This document shows, piece by piece, positions 38,601-51,923 of a stretch of 64,000 nt of DNA. Position numbers and translations under genes: made by a program. Source of the DNA: Geosiphon pyriformis uo1 (Eukaryota > Fungi > Glomeromycota). The number at the start of each line of letters is the position of its first letter. The stretch's first letter is position 1. Location of the stretch: positions 310,001 to 374,000 of the forward strand of contig JAAOMT010000480.1 of the NCBI GenBank assembly GCA_016748015.1, in the 5' to 3' direction. The notes beneath the pieces were generated by a model. That model saw nothing but the letters and a program-made list of their open reading frames with translations. It did not search any database and had not been told where the DNA came from.

Positions 38601-39928
38601 TCCAACACAACTTTTCGAAAGGGCTGATCCAAAACACTCCTAATCATGCTACCCTTGTCAGAACAAAACTTTTCCATACGCTTTTCAATAGCTTCCCTAA
38701 TAGAAGCCTCTTGCGCCAATTTCAATTCATACAATTTGGACTTTCTGTACTCTTTTTTGATGATTGATAAGAACTTAAGAACAGCAATCTTCCCCTGATC
38801 TGATTGAACCATATCCATCAACACGAGAGCCTTGTCAGCATCCAATATAGACCATTTCTTCACAAGACAATCAAAACCAAAGATATTAGTTGAGTCAAAC
38901 TTTTTGACAATTTTGATGATTAGCAACTCCAAGTCCAGAAACTTAGAGGATTGTTTATTTTTTGAACACTGAAATTCACTGAACCAATGCTGAGAAAAAA
39001 TTTCATCTGCAGAAACTACCAACACCTTTTCCAGTAGAGACCACATAGCATTCAGATTTTGCTTAGCAGCAGCGGCAAGGAAATTATTCTCTATTTCCAA
39101 AACCATGACAGAGAAGTGGTCTCTAAAACGAGATCATCTAGTAACATCTGCATCCTTAATATTAAACTTCCAGCAATCTTTGTTAGTCTGCTTGTGCAAG
39201 CTATTTAAATGAACATTCAAAAGCCCACCCAAACTAACAGAGACCATAACAGCACTGTGATCAGTGTCGAAATAGTTCAAAACCAGGCCAACTCTATGGC
39301 TAGTCACAGCAGAAACCAAATTTTTACTAACAAAAATAAAATCAATAGTTCTCTCAACCCCCCTAGAATTACCCCATGTGGTAGCCCCAACCAAAAGATG
39401 ACCAAAAAATGAATTAACCAAACCCAAACTCAAGCAGAACCTGAAGTTTGCACTCCTCTTAGAACCATTTTCATTGAAGTTCCCACCCAAAACAACAAAG
39501 GTGCTGGAGTTAACAGCCTTAGCAATGAGAGAATTTACCTCAGAAGCCTGACCAAAATGAACACCAGAAGAAGCGCCAGCATACAACCCAATAACAGAAA
39601 CCAAAAGTTTATTCTTGAACAGAAGCTGTACAGCAACAACTTGGCCAAAGACTTCCTCAATCTTAGAAACATGACAAGCCAAAGAATTGTTCATGATGAC
39701 AGCAACACCAGCACCAAAAAAACCAATGTCCAACCCAGAAGTGAAAATATGGACATCTTCATATTTATTCTTGATCCACAGACCAACAGAGAATCTTAAT
39801 TTTGTCTCAGTTACAAAAGAGATTGTAAAGCCAGAATTCACGTGTCAATAGAGAACATTCACTTGCTTTGCAGAAACATTGAGACCCCAAACATTACATG
39901 TAGCAAATTTCCAAACCAGGTCACTCAT
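35625..39928 (-). pseudogene. LINE ORF2 (APE endonuclease, RT, RNase H, CxxC..H..C), disrupted
   Basis: ATCNV, VTETKL, GGNFNE, TIDFIFVS, DTDHSAV; KAAGLSGI, MIPKP, LQDM; YTNGS, AELQAV, DSQAA, HAGVLGN; CLLCGKVELLDHVFTC. Confidence 0.92.
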
Positions 39929-41787
39929 TGGGATAAAAAAGGCAAAGGAGCACCTGAACCAAAACACATATCATCCAAACAAGCCAACACTGAACCAATA
40001 GAAGCTTCCAAGGATGCTAACTTAGATTCCAAGCCACCCACTTTGCCAGTGAGAACCTTGGAGCTACTCGAACCGAGATTAGGCTCACCAACAATGGCAG
40101 CAGAAGAGAAATGAAGAGCAAACAACATCAAAGCACCATCCAAAACCATATCCGAGTCTAAACTCAAAGCTGAAGAAGCAGAAGTGTCGAAAGGAGAAGT
40201 AAGAGATGAGGACACCAGAGGCACCAGTTTAATACCAGCAAGACGCCTAACAATAGTAGACACCCAGTCAAAAAAAAGCTCCAATGAGCATTCCAAAGAG
40301 GCCAAGCGGTCATTCAAAGAAAAAACATCACCAAAGTCATAATGTGAAAAAGGGAGAGAACCTAAGCCAGAACCAGCAAACAAGCCACGAGAGAGAGAGG
40401 TTGCCACCGAGACCACTTGGGCCCAGAATTTTCCACCAAAAACAACAGGGCAAGAGATCAGAACATTCTTCTTTTGATATAATTTGGCCAGCTAGAGATG
40501 CCTTTCCTCAGAAACAAAATCTTTAGAAGATTTAGCCAAAAATGATGATGGCATATTATTAGCAGGAACATCACATTCAAGCGCCAAATGTCCAAAATGC
40601 CCACACCTCCTACACTGAACCAAATCCAATCTAGCCCAAGAAAGTCACACACCACCAAAAATAGGCTCAGTGTGAAAAGCAGAATCCAAATCTTTCTCAG
40701 ATTCAAAGCCAACCACAGCACAGCAAAATCTATTACCAGTGTTCAAAGAACAATTAATAATACAAGTTCTATCACCTGCCTCATCCAAAAGAGTGCCAAG
40801 ATCATGTGCAGTCATTCCCACTGACAGAGTAAACAGAAGCACTCTGAAGTGATCCCTAGATGCCCATGTATTACAATTTCTCATGGCCATAGCCACACAA
40901 ACTAAATCTTTCCCAATTAAGAACGACCATCTTAAAGCCAATTATACAGCCTGATCTGAATTGGCAAATTCCACCATAGCCTTCTACCACATACCAACCA
41001 ACTGGATTTTGATTGACTTAATTATTCCAAACTCAGAGACTGCAGTGATGATCATGTCTTTAGGTGTATTCATGGGAATTTCTTTGATCACCACAGCCCA
41101 ATCTGAATGAAGCCCTTGTTTTCTCACATCATTGTTTACGATAATCCCTTCTTTTTCAGCCAATGATGCAGCTTTTCTCATGCTCTCCTCAGAAGTAAAT
41201 GTTGATCAGATGATCCCTTCAAATTTTGAGAGGGTAGTGGCCCTCCCAAAATCATTGATCTTTGAAAAAATTTTTCTGATTAATTGAGTTTTTATCATCA
41301 CTGATTTGCCTTCAACAGCTGAAAGATTGATATCCAAGGCAAAAGATTTTTTGACAGGCACCTCCACTTGAGTTTTGATGATAACAGAATCGACCCATTT
41401 GCTATTAAAAGAGGCTTTCTTTATTGGAGAAGGAAGAGGTTTCACCTCTTTATTCATGGCAAAGTTGGGGGAACTGAAAAGGGAGCCAAAATCCATGTCA
41501 GTACTTAATCTAATTGCCCTTGGAGTATTAACTGCTGAACCCAGAAGAGAGCCATTACTACCACCAGACATATTAACATCATTTTCATCACCAGATAAGC
41601 TTTCCACATTAGAAAAAGCACTATAACCAGAACCAGATTTCAGAGAGATATTCCGCTCATCGCCAGAATGTTTAATATTCCTGAAAATGACTTTCTTCTT
41701 TTGAGTAAAGGAACCACTAGCAGGACTATGAAAAGCATCTTTAGGTGCCTTTTTCTTTGACATACTGCCACTAAAAGCAGCCTCCAA
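39925..41787 (-). pseudogene. LINE ORF1 (RRM-like, CCHC knuckle, coiled coil), disrupted
   Basis: VIKEIPMNTPKDMIITAVSEFGIIKSIKIQLVG; knuckle CRRCGHFGHLALEC near 40580-40620; C-terminal GLESKLASLEASI. Confidence 0.85.
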
Positions 41788-42270
41788 ATCTATGACAAAA
41801 GGGTTATTAGTTAAAGAAATATTGATATAATACTAACAAGAAAAAACAAAAACTTCTTTTTCAGAAAATAACTCGTTGGGGTTTTTTGGAGATAAGAGAA
41901 AAAGAAATTTTATGTAAATTTTATATAAAAAAGTTTAATATTATTTTTAAAAAAACTTTTAATAATTATTTTTTAAATATTATTAAAAACAGTACTTTTA
42001 AAAATAAAATAAAAATTTTAAATAATCCAATTTTTAAAAATTTTTTAATTGTATTTATGAATGAAGTCCAATCACTATTTAATACAATACAACTGCCTAA
42101 AGTTCTAAATTAGATAGGAAAAATATTTTAAAACTTCTTTCTCTCCTTCATCTAAAATTCCCAAAAAAGAGTATCATAAGTTTTTTTAAAAGAAGTTTTT
42201 AACCATTCAGTATGACAAATCCAAACTGTTTTTTGATTTCGAGGCCACTGTCAGCCCTACTATTACTGTC

Positions 42271-44075
42271 ATGAAGGAGGTTGCAAAAAATTCTGGTGCT
42301 GATAGTGGTTTTAGACCTGTTCTGTCAAGGAAAAAAAGGAAGGGTGGAGTTTTGGCTGAGAATGTTTTGGTAAAAAGAGATGTTATTGAAACAATTGGTA
42401 ATCATTCACAGATTTCTGAGTCTGGTGACACTACTAAGTCTGAGAGTATTGACATGGAAGAAGAGTGTCTTGTTGAAGAGACCAGTATCAATTATGGAGA
42501 AAGTGATGCCTTTAATGGTAGGGACTCCAACCAAATACTGAAGAGCTCAGGTCTTAAAATTAAGACCAAGAAAGTATTGGGCAAACCACTGGGCAAAATC
42601 AACTTTGAAGATGGCTTTGATGATGGTGACTTTCTGAATGAGTCTGTCCTCCTTCCACCTCCTCTTTCACTCAAATCTTCAGTTCAGGTTTCTGTTCACA
42701 AATTCTTCACTTTGGATATCGATCTTGTGGCTATTACTGGAAAATCCTCTCAGGAAAAATCAAATTTTATCAAAAAAATTTTTTCAGATGTAAATGGTTT
42801 TGGAGGGGCCTCTACTCTCTTAAAATTTGGTGGTATTATCTGTGTGACTTTTACTTCTGAAAAGGCAATGATGGCTGCAGCAAATTTGGCAAATAAGCAT
42901 GATGTTGTGGTAAACACCAATCTCAAGCACCCTGGCTACAATCGTACAAATCAGGCAATTGTGCTAAAAGAGATTCCTGTGGGAACTTTTATTGAGACTG
43001 TATGTGCTGCTGTATCCGAATTTGGGATAATTAAGTCGATCAAAATGCAACTGGTGGGTTTGTGGCAAAAGGCATTCGTTGAATTGGAGAATCAGAATTA
43101 GACTAATCTTTTGGTATCCATGTGGTCTATCCTCATTGGGAAAAATGCAGTTTGTGTGGCCAGGGCTAACATTGACAAACAAACATGGGACTCCAGAGAC
43201 AGATTCAGAGCATTACTTTACACTCTTCTTATAGGGACAAATGTACATAATTTGTGGGATTTTCTTGTTTCAGTTGGTAGAAAAACATGCATTATTGACC
43301 ATAATTTTGTCAACTACACTCATGCATACTGTGCCACTATGTGTTTTGACTTTGAGGAAGATATGAACCAGGCTGTAGCTGTCATGCCAATTATAAAGAA
43401 TGTTGGTCTCCACTGGTTGCATTTGTCTTCTTCTGTGTGCTCTGCTTGTGATTTTCTTGGCCATACTTCTTTGTTCTGTAAATTAGTTGAAGTCTCTCCT
43501 GTATCCAAGAACAAGAGGACTTCTCTCTCAGCTCATGATTGATTTAGATTGGTGAAAATTTATGAAAAAAAATTGGCACCTATCTCCCACCTTTTGGCTT
43601 TTGGTGGAAAAACTTGGGCATCGGTGGCTGGCTCTTCTCCTTGGGTGGTTCTCTTGGCTACAATTCTCAACTTGGTTCTTTAAGAAATAGTAAACCTCTT
43701 CTTTTTGTGGTGAACAATTTAGAATCATGTCTAGTTAATATTGAAAGCAGTCTTGCCAACCTCACAGGACAAATTAGTGAGTTGGCTAAGAGGTTGGAGT
43801 TATTCATGCTGGCAGTTTCCCAGTCTAGTCCTGGATGTTAGCTGCCAGTAACCACTTCATCACAGAATCAAGAGGAGGATATAGTGATGGAAATGGGTTC
43901 AGGTGAAGCCACTAGTGGCAAGACTGCTGCTGTTTTGGGTTCAAATGCCTCACCTGAGGTTGTAAAACTGGAAAACATGTTGGAAGGTCTCTCTGCTTTG
44001 GTCATAAGCCTTTTGGCATGCTTGGATGGTTTGGCTTTGGCAGGTGGTGCTTCTTCTCTACCTCTTTCTTAATAA
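42271..44075 (+). pseudogene. LINE ORF1, disrupted
   Basis: ORF pieces 42271-43101, 43111-43542, 43614-43841, 43884-44072. RRM-like AVSEFGIIKSIKMQLVGLWQKAFVE; knuckle CSACDFLGHTSLFC. Confidence 0.87.
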
Positions 44076-47000
44076 GTAGTCTGGTGTGGAAAATTGCAAC
44101 ATGTAATGTTCATGGATTGAACAATCCTACAAAGCAAGGTGATATTATTCATTGGCACAAGGATATGAACAATTTGGTTTCTATTTTTATGGAGTTGAAA
44201 CTTAAAGGGAGAGTTCACCCATGGTTGGCTGACAAATTTGATGGTGTTCGGGTTTTTACTTCTGGTCTGGATTCTGGTTCTCTGGGTGCTGGTGTGATGA
44301 TCATCGTAAATTCTTCTTTGGTTAAACACGTCTACAAGGTTTCTGAAGTGCCTGATCAGCTCCTATTCATTAGGTTGCTTTTTAAGAATAAACTTTTAGT
44401 GTCTATTTTGGGGCTCTATGCTGGTGCTTCATTGGTGGTTTGGTTTTCTCAGGCTGGTAAGATCAACTCTCTTATTGCTAAGACCGTTAATGAGTTTTCT
44501 TTTGTTATTCTTGGTGGTAATTTTAATGAAAATGGTTTTCAGAAATGTGTGAGTTTTAAAAAGTGCCTTGAGTTGGGGTTGGTTAACTCTTTGATTGGAA
44601 GCCTGGCCATTAGAATGCTTACTTGGGCAAACTTTAGAGGTGCTACAAAGACTATTAATTATGTGTTTGTTTCACTAAATTTGGTCAATTCTTTGGTACA
44701 TTGTGGTGTTTCAGATGTTAGTGATTATTTTAATACAGACCATCAAGCTGTGTCTGTATCTCTGGGCCTGAGTGGTTTACTGGATACACACTTGTTTTCT
44801 TTTCACAAGCAGACGAATAAAGATCATTGGAAATTTAATGTCAAAAATGCCAGTGAGACTAAATGGCTTAAGTTTAAGGATGCTATGGCTGCTAACACTG
44901 TTATGTTTTCAGGAGTGTTTAGTAATACTGTGAAATTTTCTGATCTTGGCACTATGTAGGATGTTATTCACAAGATTATAGTTCTCTCAACTGGTGGTAC
45001 TTTCAAAAAAAGATGGTTTAAGGGTTTTGATATGGTTTACAATAGGGTATCATCTAGGTTTTACAAGCTGGAGCTGTTGGTTTTCAAGCTGGTGAAGGCT
45101 TCTTGTTTGAGTTCTAGTGTTAGTTTTGTTTTGCTTTTGGTTACATGAGACAACCTTGACTCTGCTGGTGTGTCATTGGTGAAATCTATGTTCCATTCTG
45201 GTGTTAAATTTAATGACATTTGTTCTGCTCTGGCCAAAGTGAGGAGGTTATATCACTCTTCAAAATTGCTGGAGTCTAAGTACACTGAAGAATCTCACAT
45301 TAGACAGACTATTAACAATAGAATGGAAAGTTTTGAACTGGATAAGGATTGTATAATCAGAAATGTGTTGGAGCATCCCTTTCACAAAGTGGTTTTAGAC
45401 CATCTGGTCATAAATGATGAGTTGGTTTTTGAATCTGATTTGGTAAAGTCCAAGGTAGATGCTATTATAGAAGAATGAACCAGAAAACGTGTGGTGGTTG
45501 ATGATATCTCTGATACTTGGTTTTGTCAATACAAATCTTTGGACTATGTTTTTGATAATGTTTTTTCTGGGGTAATAAGTGAGATTGATGTTGATAAGTT
45601 GTATTGTGTGGTTTTCAGTCTGCCTGATGAGAAAGCTGCTGGTCTCTTGGATATTTCTAATGAACTTTGGAAATGTTGTGATAAATCGGTTTTGGGTTTG
45701 CTTTTGGTTCTTCTGAATTCTTGTTTGTCTTGTGAGTCAGTGCCTGGCCCTTGAAAGAAGGCTTGGGTTTCAATGATTCCCAAACCTTATCAGTAAGAAG
45801 ATGTTCTCACAAATACTTGTCCTATTGTCTTGATTAAAACAGTTCGCAAGATTCTTTCCAAGATTCTTTCAGATAGAATCTTACTGGCTTGCAGCTCCTA
45901 TGATGTTCTGCATGGTAACAATTTTTCAGTTTTAAAGGGTATAACAACTCAGTCTCCTATTTTTGCAGTTGGCTCGGTAATTGAGGATGCTTTGGAAAAG
46001 AACTGAGAACTCTGGCTTGTTTTGCAGGACATGTGGGAGGCATATGATTCAGTTGGCTGGGAGCATCTTGAAAGGAGTTTGGTCAGAATCAAAATGTGTA
46101 GTAAATTTGTTTGCTTTTTTGGTAGTATTTATAAGGACTAAACCAACCATGTTATGACAGATTTTGGTTTGACCAATGGTTACCAAGTGTTTGATGGATT
46201 GGACCAAGGAGAAGTTTTTTCTCCTCTGCTGTGGTGCATATTTTATGATCTTCTTTTGTGTGAAGTTAAGTGTCAAGGGAATGTGTGTGGTTATAGACTT
46301 AATTCTCATTTTGTTTCTAGAAGTGGTCTCACTGAGTCTCAGGCTGGGCTTTCTTTCTTCTTTGCTACTGGTGCCTTTGTTAATGATACTATTTGGGTTG
46401 GTGGCAGTCAGGCTGCTACTCAGCATATTCTCAACATTGCTAGTGAATTTTTTAGAGTCAATGACATTTCAATTAATAATGACAAAACTGTGGCTATTCT
46501 AATTAATTGCAGAATCAATGTTCCATCTCTTTTTATTAGTGGTTTGCCTATTTCAGTTGTTTATAGAGGGGAATCTTATCAGTATTTTGGTATTTTTTTG
46601 TTGACTGAGGGTCTTTCAAAGTCTAGCTTGGCTAAGGCACATTCAGACATTTGTTTCTTTATTAATTTGGTTCTGAGAAAGGTGGTTTCAGATAAACAAT
46701 TCTTGTATCTGGTGTCAGCAGTTTTTCATCTCATAATCGGTTACAAAACACAGTTTGGCTATATTTCTGTTAGTGTGTGTGATAAATGAGATGCTCTGAT
46801 TTGCAGGGGCTTGAAGCTGAAAGCTGGTCTCCTGCTAGATTTTCCTAGTGATACTATTCACTATCCTTTTTTTTATGGTTTAAAGTTATTTTTACAGTGT
46901 CAATTTGAGAGTAAAGTGGCTTTGCTTATTAGTTTTGCAAACTCTGGTGGGATTTTGGGGCGTCTGTTTGGTTACAAGTCACATGATTTACAGATTTTGT

Positions 47001-48739
47001 GTTGGCGGCCCATTCACCCACTGATCTCTTCTGCTTGTATTTGCATTAGTGTTTCCAATAATTTCTTGGCTGGTATGGTTCACATTCTCCTTGATTGCAA
47101 TTTGTCTTTGGGTGGCTCTTTGACCAGTGCTTTTTGGTTTCATGATGGAGTTCCTATGTCTGTTGTTCTTGGCGAGTCTTTGTTTTTCAAGTTTTTACCT
47201 TCTCTCTGGCATTTTGGTATTGTCTTTGTGGATCAGCTTCATAATCAACATGGTGTTGTTTTTAGCTGGCACATCTTCAAATAGTGGAAGAGACTGGATC
47301 CTCGTGGCCCAGTTCCTGATTGGTTCAGACCTTCTGTTGTGTTTCTTGCGGCTTCTCATTCCTCTTCCACAGCCTCAGTTGGTGCTGGTCTTCTTAACTT
47401 TTATGAGTCTAATGATTTTGTGTCCACCTGCAATCATCTTTCCTAGGTTAATGTTGATAGTTTGTCAGTATATACGGATGGTTCTTTAAGGAATTTGGGC
47501 ACAGTTGATTGTAGAGCTGAGATAGCTGTTTTTTTTGAGGACATTGATTTGGGTGTAGGTGTTGGTGTTCAAGGTTTAGTGTCATCTACTTTGGCAGAGT
47601 TACAGGCTATAGCATTGGCTTTGGAGTGCATATCTGCGGCTTGTTCTGTTAATTTGTTTTTGGATAGTCAAGCAGCTTTAGATATTTGTAAGTCTGAGTT
47701 AAGCCTGGTGTGTCCTGACTTTCGCAATCAATATTGGGTCAAGTGTCAGCATATTCGGAATGTTATTTATAATAAGAATTTGAAAATTAGCTGACACAAA
47801 GTCAAGGGCCACTCTGGCATTTCAGAGAATGATCATGCTGATACTGCTTCTCTATCTGGTTGGTATCTCCCTCCTTGTGTGGATGGACACTTTTTGTTGG
47901 CGGATGGTGGTGTTGTTTCTGGTAATTCTAGACACTTTGTTTGAGATGTTTGCCGTGCAGTTTGTCATGTGCACTGAAAGATTGGTTTTGGTTCTGGATT
48001 TCTGGCTGGTAGTTTGTGTTCAGATGTTGACTGGCTTAGCTCTTCTAGAGTTTGGCACCCTGATTTGCATATGGCCACTGGTTTCACTAGCAGGTTTACA
48101 GCTGATACTCATACTTATCTTATAAAGACTTTGCACTATCGGCTTCCTGTGGCTGTTTAGAGGTGCATTTATGATAAATGTTACTCTAGTGTTCTGTGTT
48201 TGTATTGTGATAAGGTAGAGGTTTCTGATCATGTGTTTTCTTGTGTGGTTGATGATTTGGCTCATCGTTAGGTTTTGGAATCCTGCATGTCTTCTTGAAG
48301 ATTGCTTTCTGGGCTCTCTCTTCCCTTTTCGGTTGTGTTGCAATTGATGTCAACCTGTGTTCTGGATTTACTGGTTTCCTTAGCTCTTTACGAGAATTTT
48401 GTTTTCAATGGTTGGCTTTAGAAGGCTGTTACTGTATTTCATGACCCCAAAATTGCTGGTGTTAAAATTACTGATTTTGTGTACTCTATATGTTCTGCTT
48501 TTAAGAATAATATTTGGTTGGTCCGTACAAAGCATCATGCTTTTATGGAAAAAAATGGCCTGATCCCAGTGGATGGGTCATTTGTCATCCCTGTTTCTGG
48601 TTTGGTTTCAAGGCTTTCAGCTGGTGTAGTTAAATTGCTTGGTATTACTGAAGCCTTTGGCATTCTTTTTGGCTTTCACAAGTCTTGTTCATTTTTTTCA
48701 GGCATTGGTGACCTGGTGTCTGTTAATATAGTTGTGTAG
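44072..48739 (+). pseudogene. LINE ORF2 (APE-RT-RNase H-Cys/His), disrupted
   Basis: WKIATCNVHGLN, NTDHQAV, LQDMWEAYDSV, GLDQGEVFSPLLW, AFVNDT, YTDGS, ELQAI, DSQAA, CLYCDKVEVSDHVFSC. Confidence 0.93.
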
Positions 48740-51700
48740 TGTTGTCCTGACTGGCTCAAGTGACTGGTTACATGTAGTAAAATGCATGATTCACATCTAG
48801 TTTAGATCATTTCATTGATGTATAATTTTAGGTGGTGTTTGGATCTCACTCATTAAACATAATAAATAAAAAAAATTAAATAGGAATTATGTGCTTACTA
48901 TATGTGACCAGTTACCCAACTGATCAAAGCTATACTATGTAACTATATTAATAGAAATATTTCTAACAGCATTAGCATAAAACAAACAACACATTTTTAA
49001 ACCAAAACTAACTAAATAACTTTTTTCTATTATAAGCAACCAAAAAACATTATTTGAAACTTTAGCAAAAAAATCATGAACTATATCAAACACAAAGCAA
49101 TCCTTATACAACAAATTCTTATAATTAATATTAGCTTGGAGCTTTAAATTAGATAACCATATCTTTTTTTTGTGTCTAACAACTAAGTTTTAAACAAACT
49201 TAACCAGCTTATTAATAGCAGTATCAGCATTCCCAAAAAAAGCTTTGGTCTTCACCAATTAATTTTTGAGCACAAAACTTTTACACAATATTATATACAA
49301 TCTCACATCAGAAATACATAAAGCCAAATTCTGAAAAATTACAGATAAGACCAAGACTGCACCAGTCATAAATGCCCAAAGAAAAGAGTGTTCCTTTAAC
49401 AAATCTTAATGGGCTGACAAGTCCAGACTGTAGTTAAAGCTATGGTCCAAAAATTCTATCTTATTACAGCATATACACAATACACTTAAATAATCACAAT
49501 TATATAAACACTTCCTAATTGCAATTGGTAATCTTCTATGCAATGTTTTTATCAAATATGTGTGTAAACTAGCAGTAAATTTGTTTGTAATTCCAGTCAC
49601 TATGTGAGAGTCAGAATGCTAAACCAGTATAATAATTTTTTAACTAATATCTCTAATGCACAAAAAGTTCACAGATTTGAAGCCAGATTTAATTTCTTAT
49701 TAAAAACATTTTATAGTATTATAAGCCAATCTAACAAAATGTCATGTATTATCAGATATCACTCTACTGTTAGTTAATAAAAATTTCTTTCTAATATTTA
49801 TAGGAAGAACAAGTCTTGATAATACAGCTCTGTTAGCCAATCTTATTGTCAGATATATCAAAATGTTTCTTAACTTTTGTCTATCTTACAAAAATGTCTT
49901 TATTATTGACCAAATTATTGATGCATTGTTACTTCACCCAACACTTATTGTAAAAATTAGGCACTTTCAACTTTAGCTCAACTTGGTATACATTAATAAA
50001 TGTTTAACTATCAGAAAAAATAACAACACTGAAACAAGCCAAAATACACTCTAAAGCTAACACCAAGGCCTGTATTTTAGCTAAAGTTGATAAAAACAAA
50101 TCATGAACTTGCACCCTTATTCTCATGCCCAAATTTAAGAAGTAAGTGGCAGTACTATTAGCAGTATTAGAAGAACCAAAATTTCTAACAGAACCATCAG
50201 TGTAAATTAAGATCTCAGACAGTGATGCATTCTTCAAATAAGAATAAACAGCAGTAAAATTACTGGTGTCCAATAAATTCATCTCAAAACATTGTCCAAA
50301 AGCAAGTAAAAGACTTCAAATCAGACTTTTATCTTTAATAAACTCTAAAACTTACATAAACCAAAAAAACACTGAACCCTTGGAATTTAAACATTTCCAA
50401 CAGTAAAAATTCTTTCAAAAGAAACATTTTTCATGACTGTTTAAAAATTAATCTGCAAAGATTATTTTAAAACACTTGAGAGATCTAAAAATCTGAAAAT
50501 ATTCTATTTGGCCCAAAACATCTATAACAGAAAATCTATTTTTAAGATAAAAAGCATTGGACAAACCATTGGTCAGAGAAATTTTATTGTGTAAAAATAT
50601 ATAAAATACACCAGTAAAAAAATTGTTCACTAAATTGACTCTTAATCTAACAGAAAACTAAAAAAAATTTTGGAGAATTTACACTAAAATCTGCAGATCC
50701 AATACTCTGTGTTAAAACAGCCTGCTCAGAACACTATTAGTATTTGCAAAACTTATAATTAATGCAATTTTTCCTTCTATTTAAACCTGATCAAATGGCT
50801 TTAAATTATGCAATAATAGATGATATATAACCTTGCTAGGAAAGTTACTTGGCAGATTTGCTTTGGCCTTCAAACTTTTTTTGATTAAATAGTCTCACTT
50901 ATTATATATACTCTTATTAATATAGCTAAATTAAGTCTTGTACCTAATAATTAGCTATAAAACTGCTAAAACTAAATAAGAAATTGCTTATTTAAAATAA
51001 TCATGTATAAAACCATCAATGAAAAAAACTTTACATTTAAGTTAGTTTTCTTTACACTTAAATCAGAGAGATTTTTAGTTAACAAAAATATTTTCAAATA
51101 CCAATGAGTTTTCCAGTTTTTGCAATTAAAATAGGAAATCCACTTATACACAAATCAGCATTACTAGATCTTGGGTATATAGAAATAACCACTGTTTTTT
51201 TTATGTTTATTGTAATATTCATGATATTGAAAAACTCATTAGTAATATTCAAAATATTCTACATTGCTATATAACAATTGCCAACTCAAATTGTATTATT
51301 CACAAAAGTACCAGCAGCCAAATAAGAGGTTAAGTCTGCATTGAATTTGATTCTGCCAATTTTAGCAATAAACTTGGTATTCAAAAATTAATTTGTGTCT
51401 TTTTACTTTGCACAAAAAAAAGTTGTAAAAAATTTTTCACAGAAGAGTAAAAAAACTTTATCTTAATTCAGCTTATTATGCATTATATAACTATTAAACA
51501 GCCCAAAGTCTATTATTATCCTGTTTTTACAACTATTGTATATGTGGCCAAAAAACCTAATAAACCTGTTACACATTTTTATTCTCTTTAGACACTTTTT
51601 TAGATGTGATCAGCTTACTAAATCATAAGTTTTTCATATGTTTTGTAATACCAATCAGATTTTTCTATCCTTTTCCAATATATTTTCAACCACAGATCCA

Positions 51701-51923
51701 ATAGCACATATGAAAGATTGAGTTGATGTGCTCTTCAAGACTGAGAAATTGTCCTTATAGAGAACACTATATTTACTACAGGTCCTAAATATATAATCTG
51801 ATAAAATCTTTGAGAGAATCTTCCTTGCAGTTTTGATAAGAACAATAGGCTTAGTATTGGTTAAGACACTTTTTTATTTATAAGGTTTTGGAATCAATAA
51901 AATCCAGATCTCCTTCTAGGCAT

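Larger units (their letters stand above)
35487..41911 (-). mobile_element. Full-length LINE (ORF1 RRM plus zinc knuckle; ORF2 APE-RT-RNase H-Cys/His), with internal RT deletion
   Basis: Perfect 13-bp TSD atgtaaattttat (35474-35486, 41912-41924), poly-A tail; ORF1 ~41787-39925, ORF2 39928-35625. Confidence 0.95.
42121..48872 (+). mobile_element. Full-length LINE nested in the 3' UTR of the minus-strand LINE
   Basis: 14-bp TSD aaattagataggaa (42107-42120) / aaattaaataggaa (48873-48886), poly-A, complete ORF1/ORF2 domain set. Confidence 0.95.

Noticed and set aside
35859-48343. Numerous 60-130 aa ORFs antisense or off-frame to LINE ORFs
   Set aside because: Shadow frames of LINE coding sequence, not conserved between copies.
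35487-48872. Alternative genetic code explaining the many in-frame stops
   Set aside because: Stops differ between copies, include TAA, TAG and TGA, and come with frameshifts; host genes read cleanly in the standard code.
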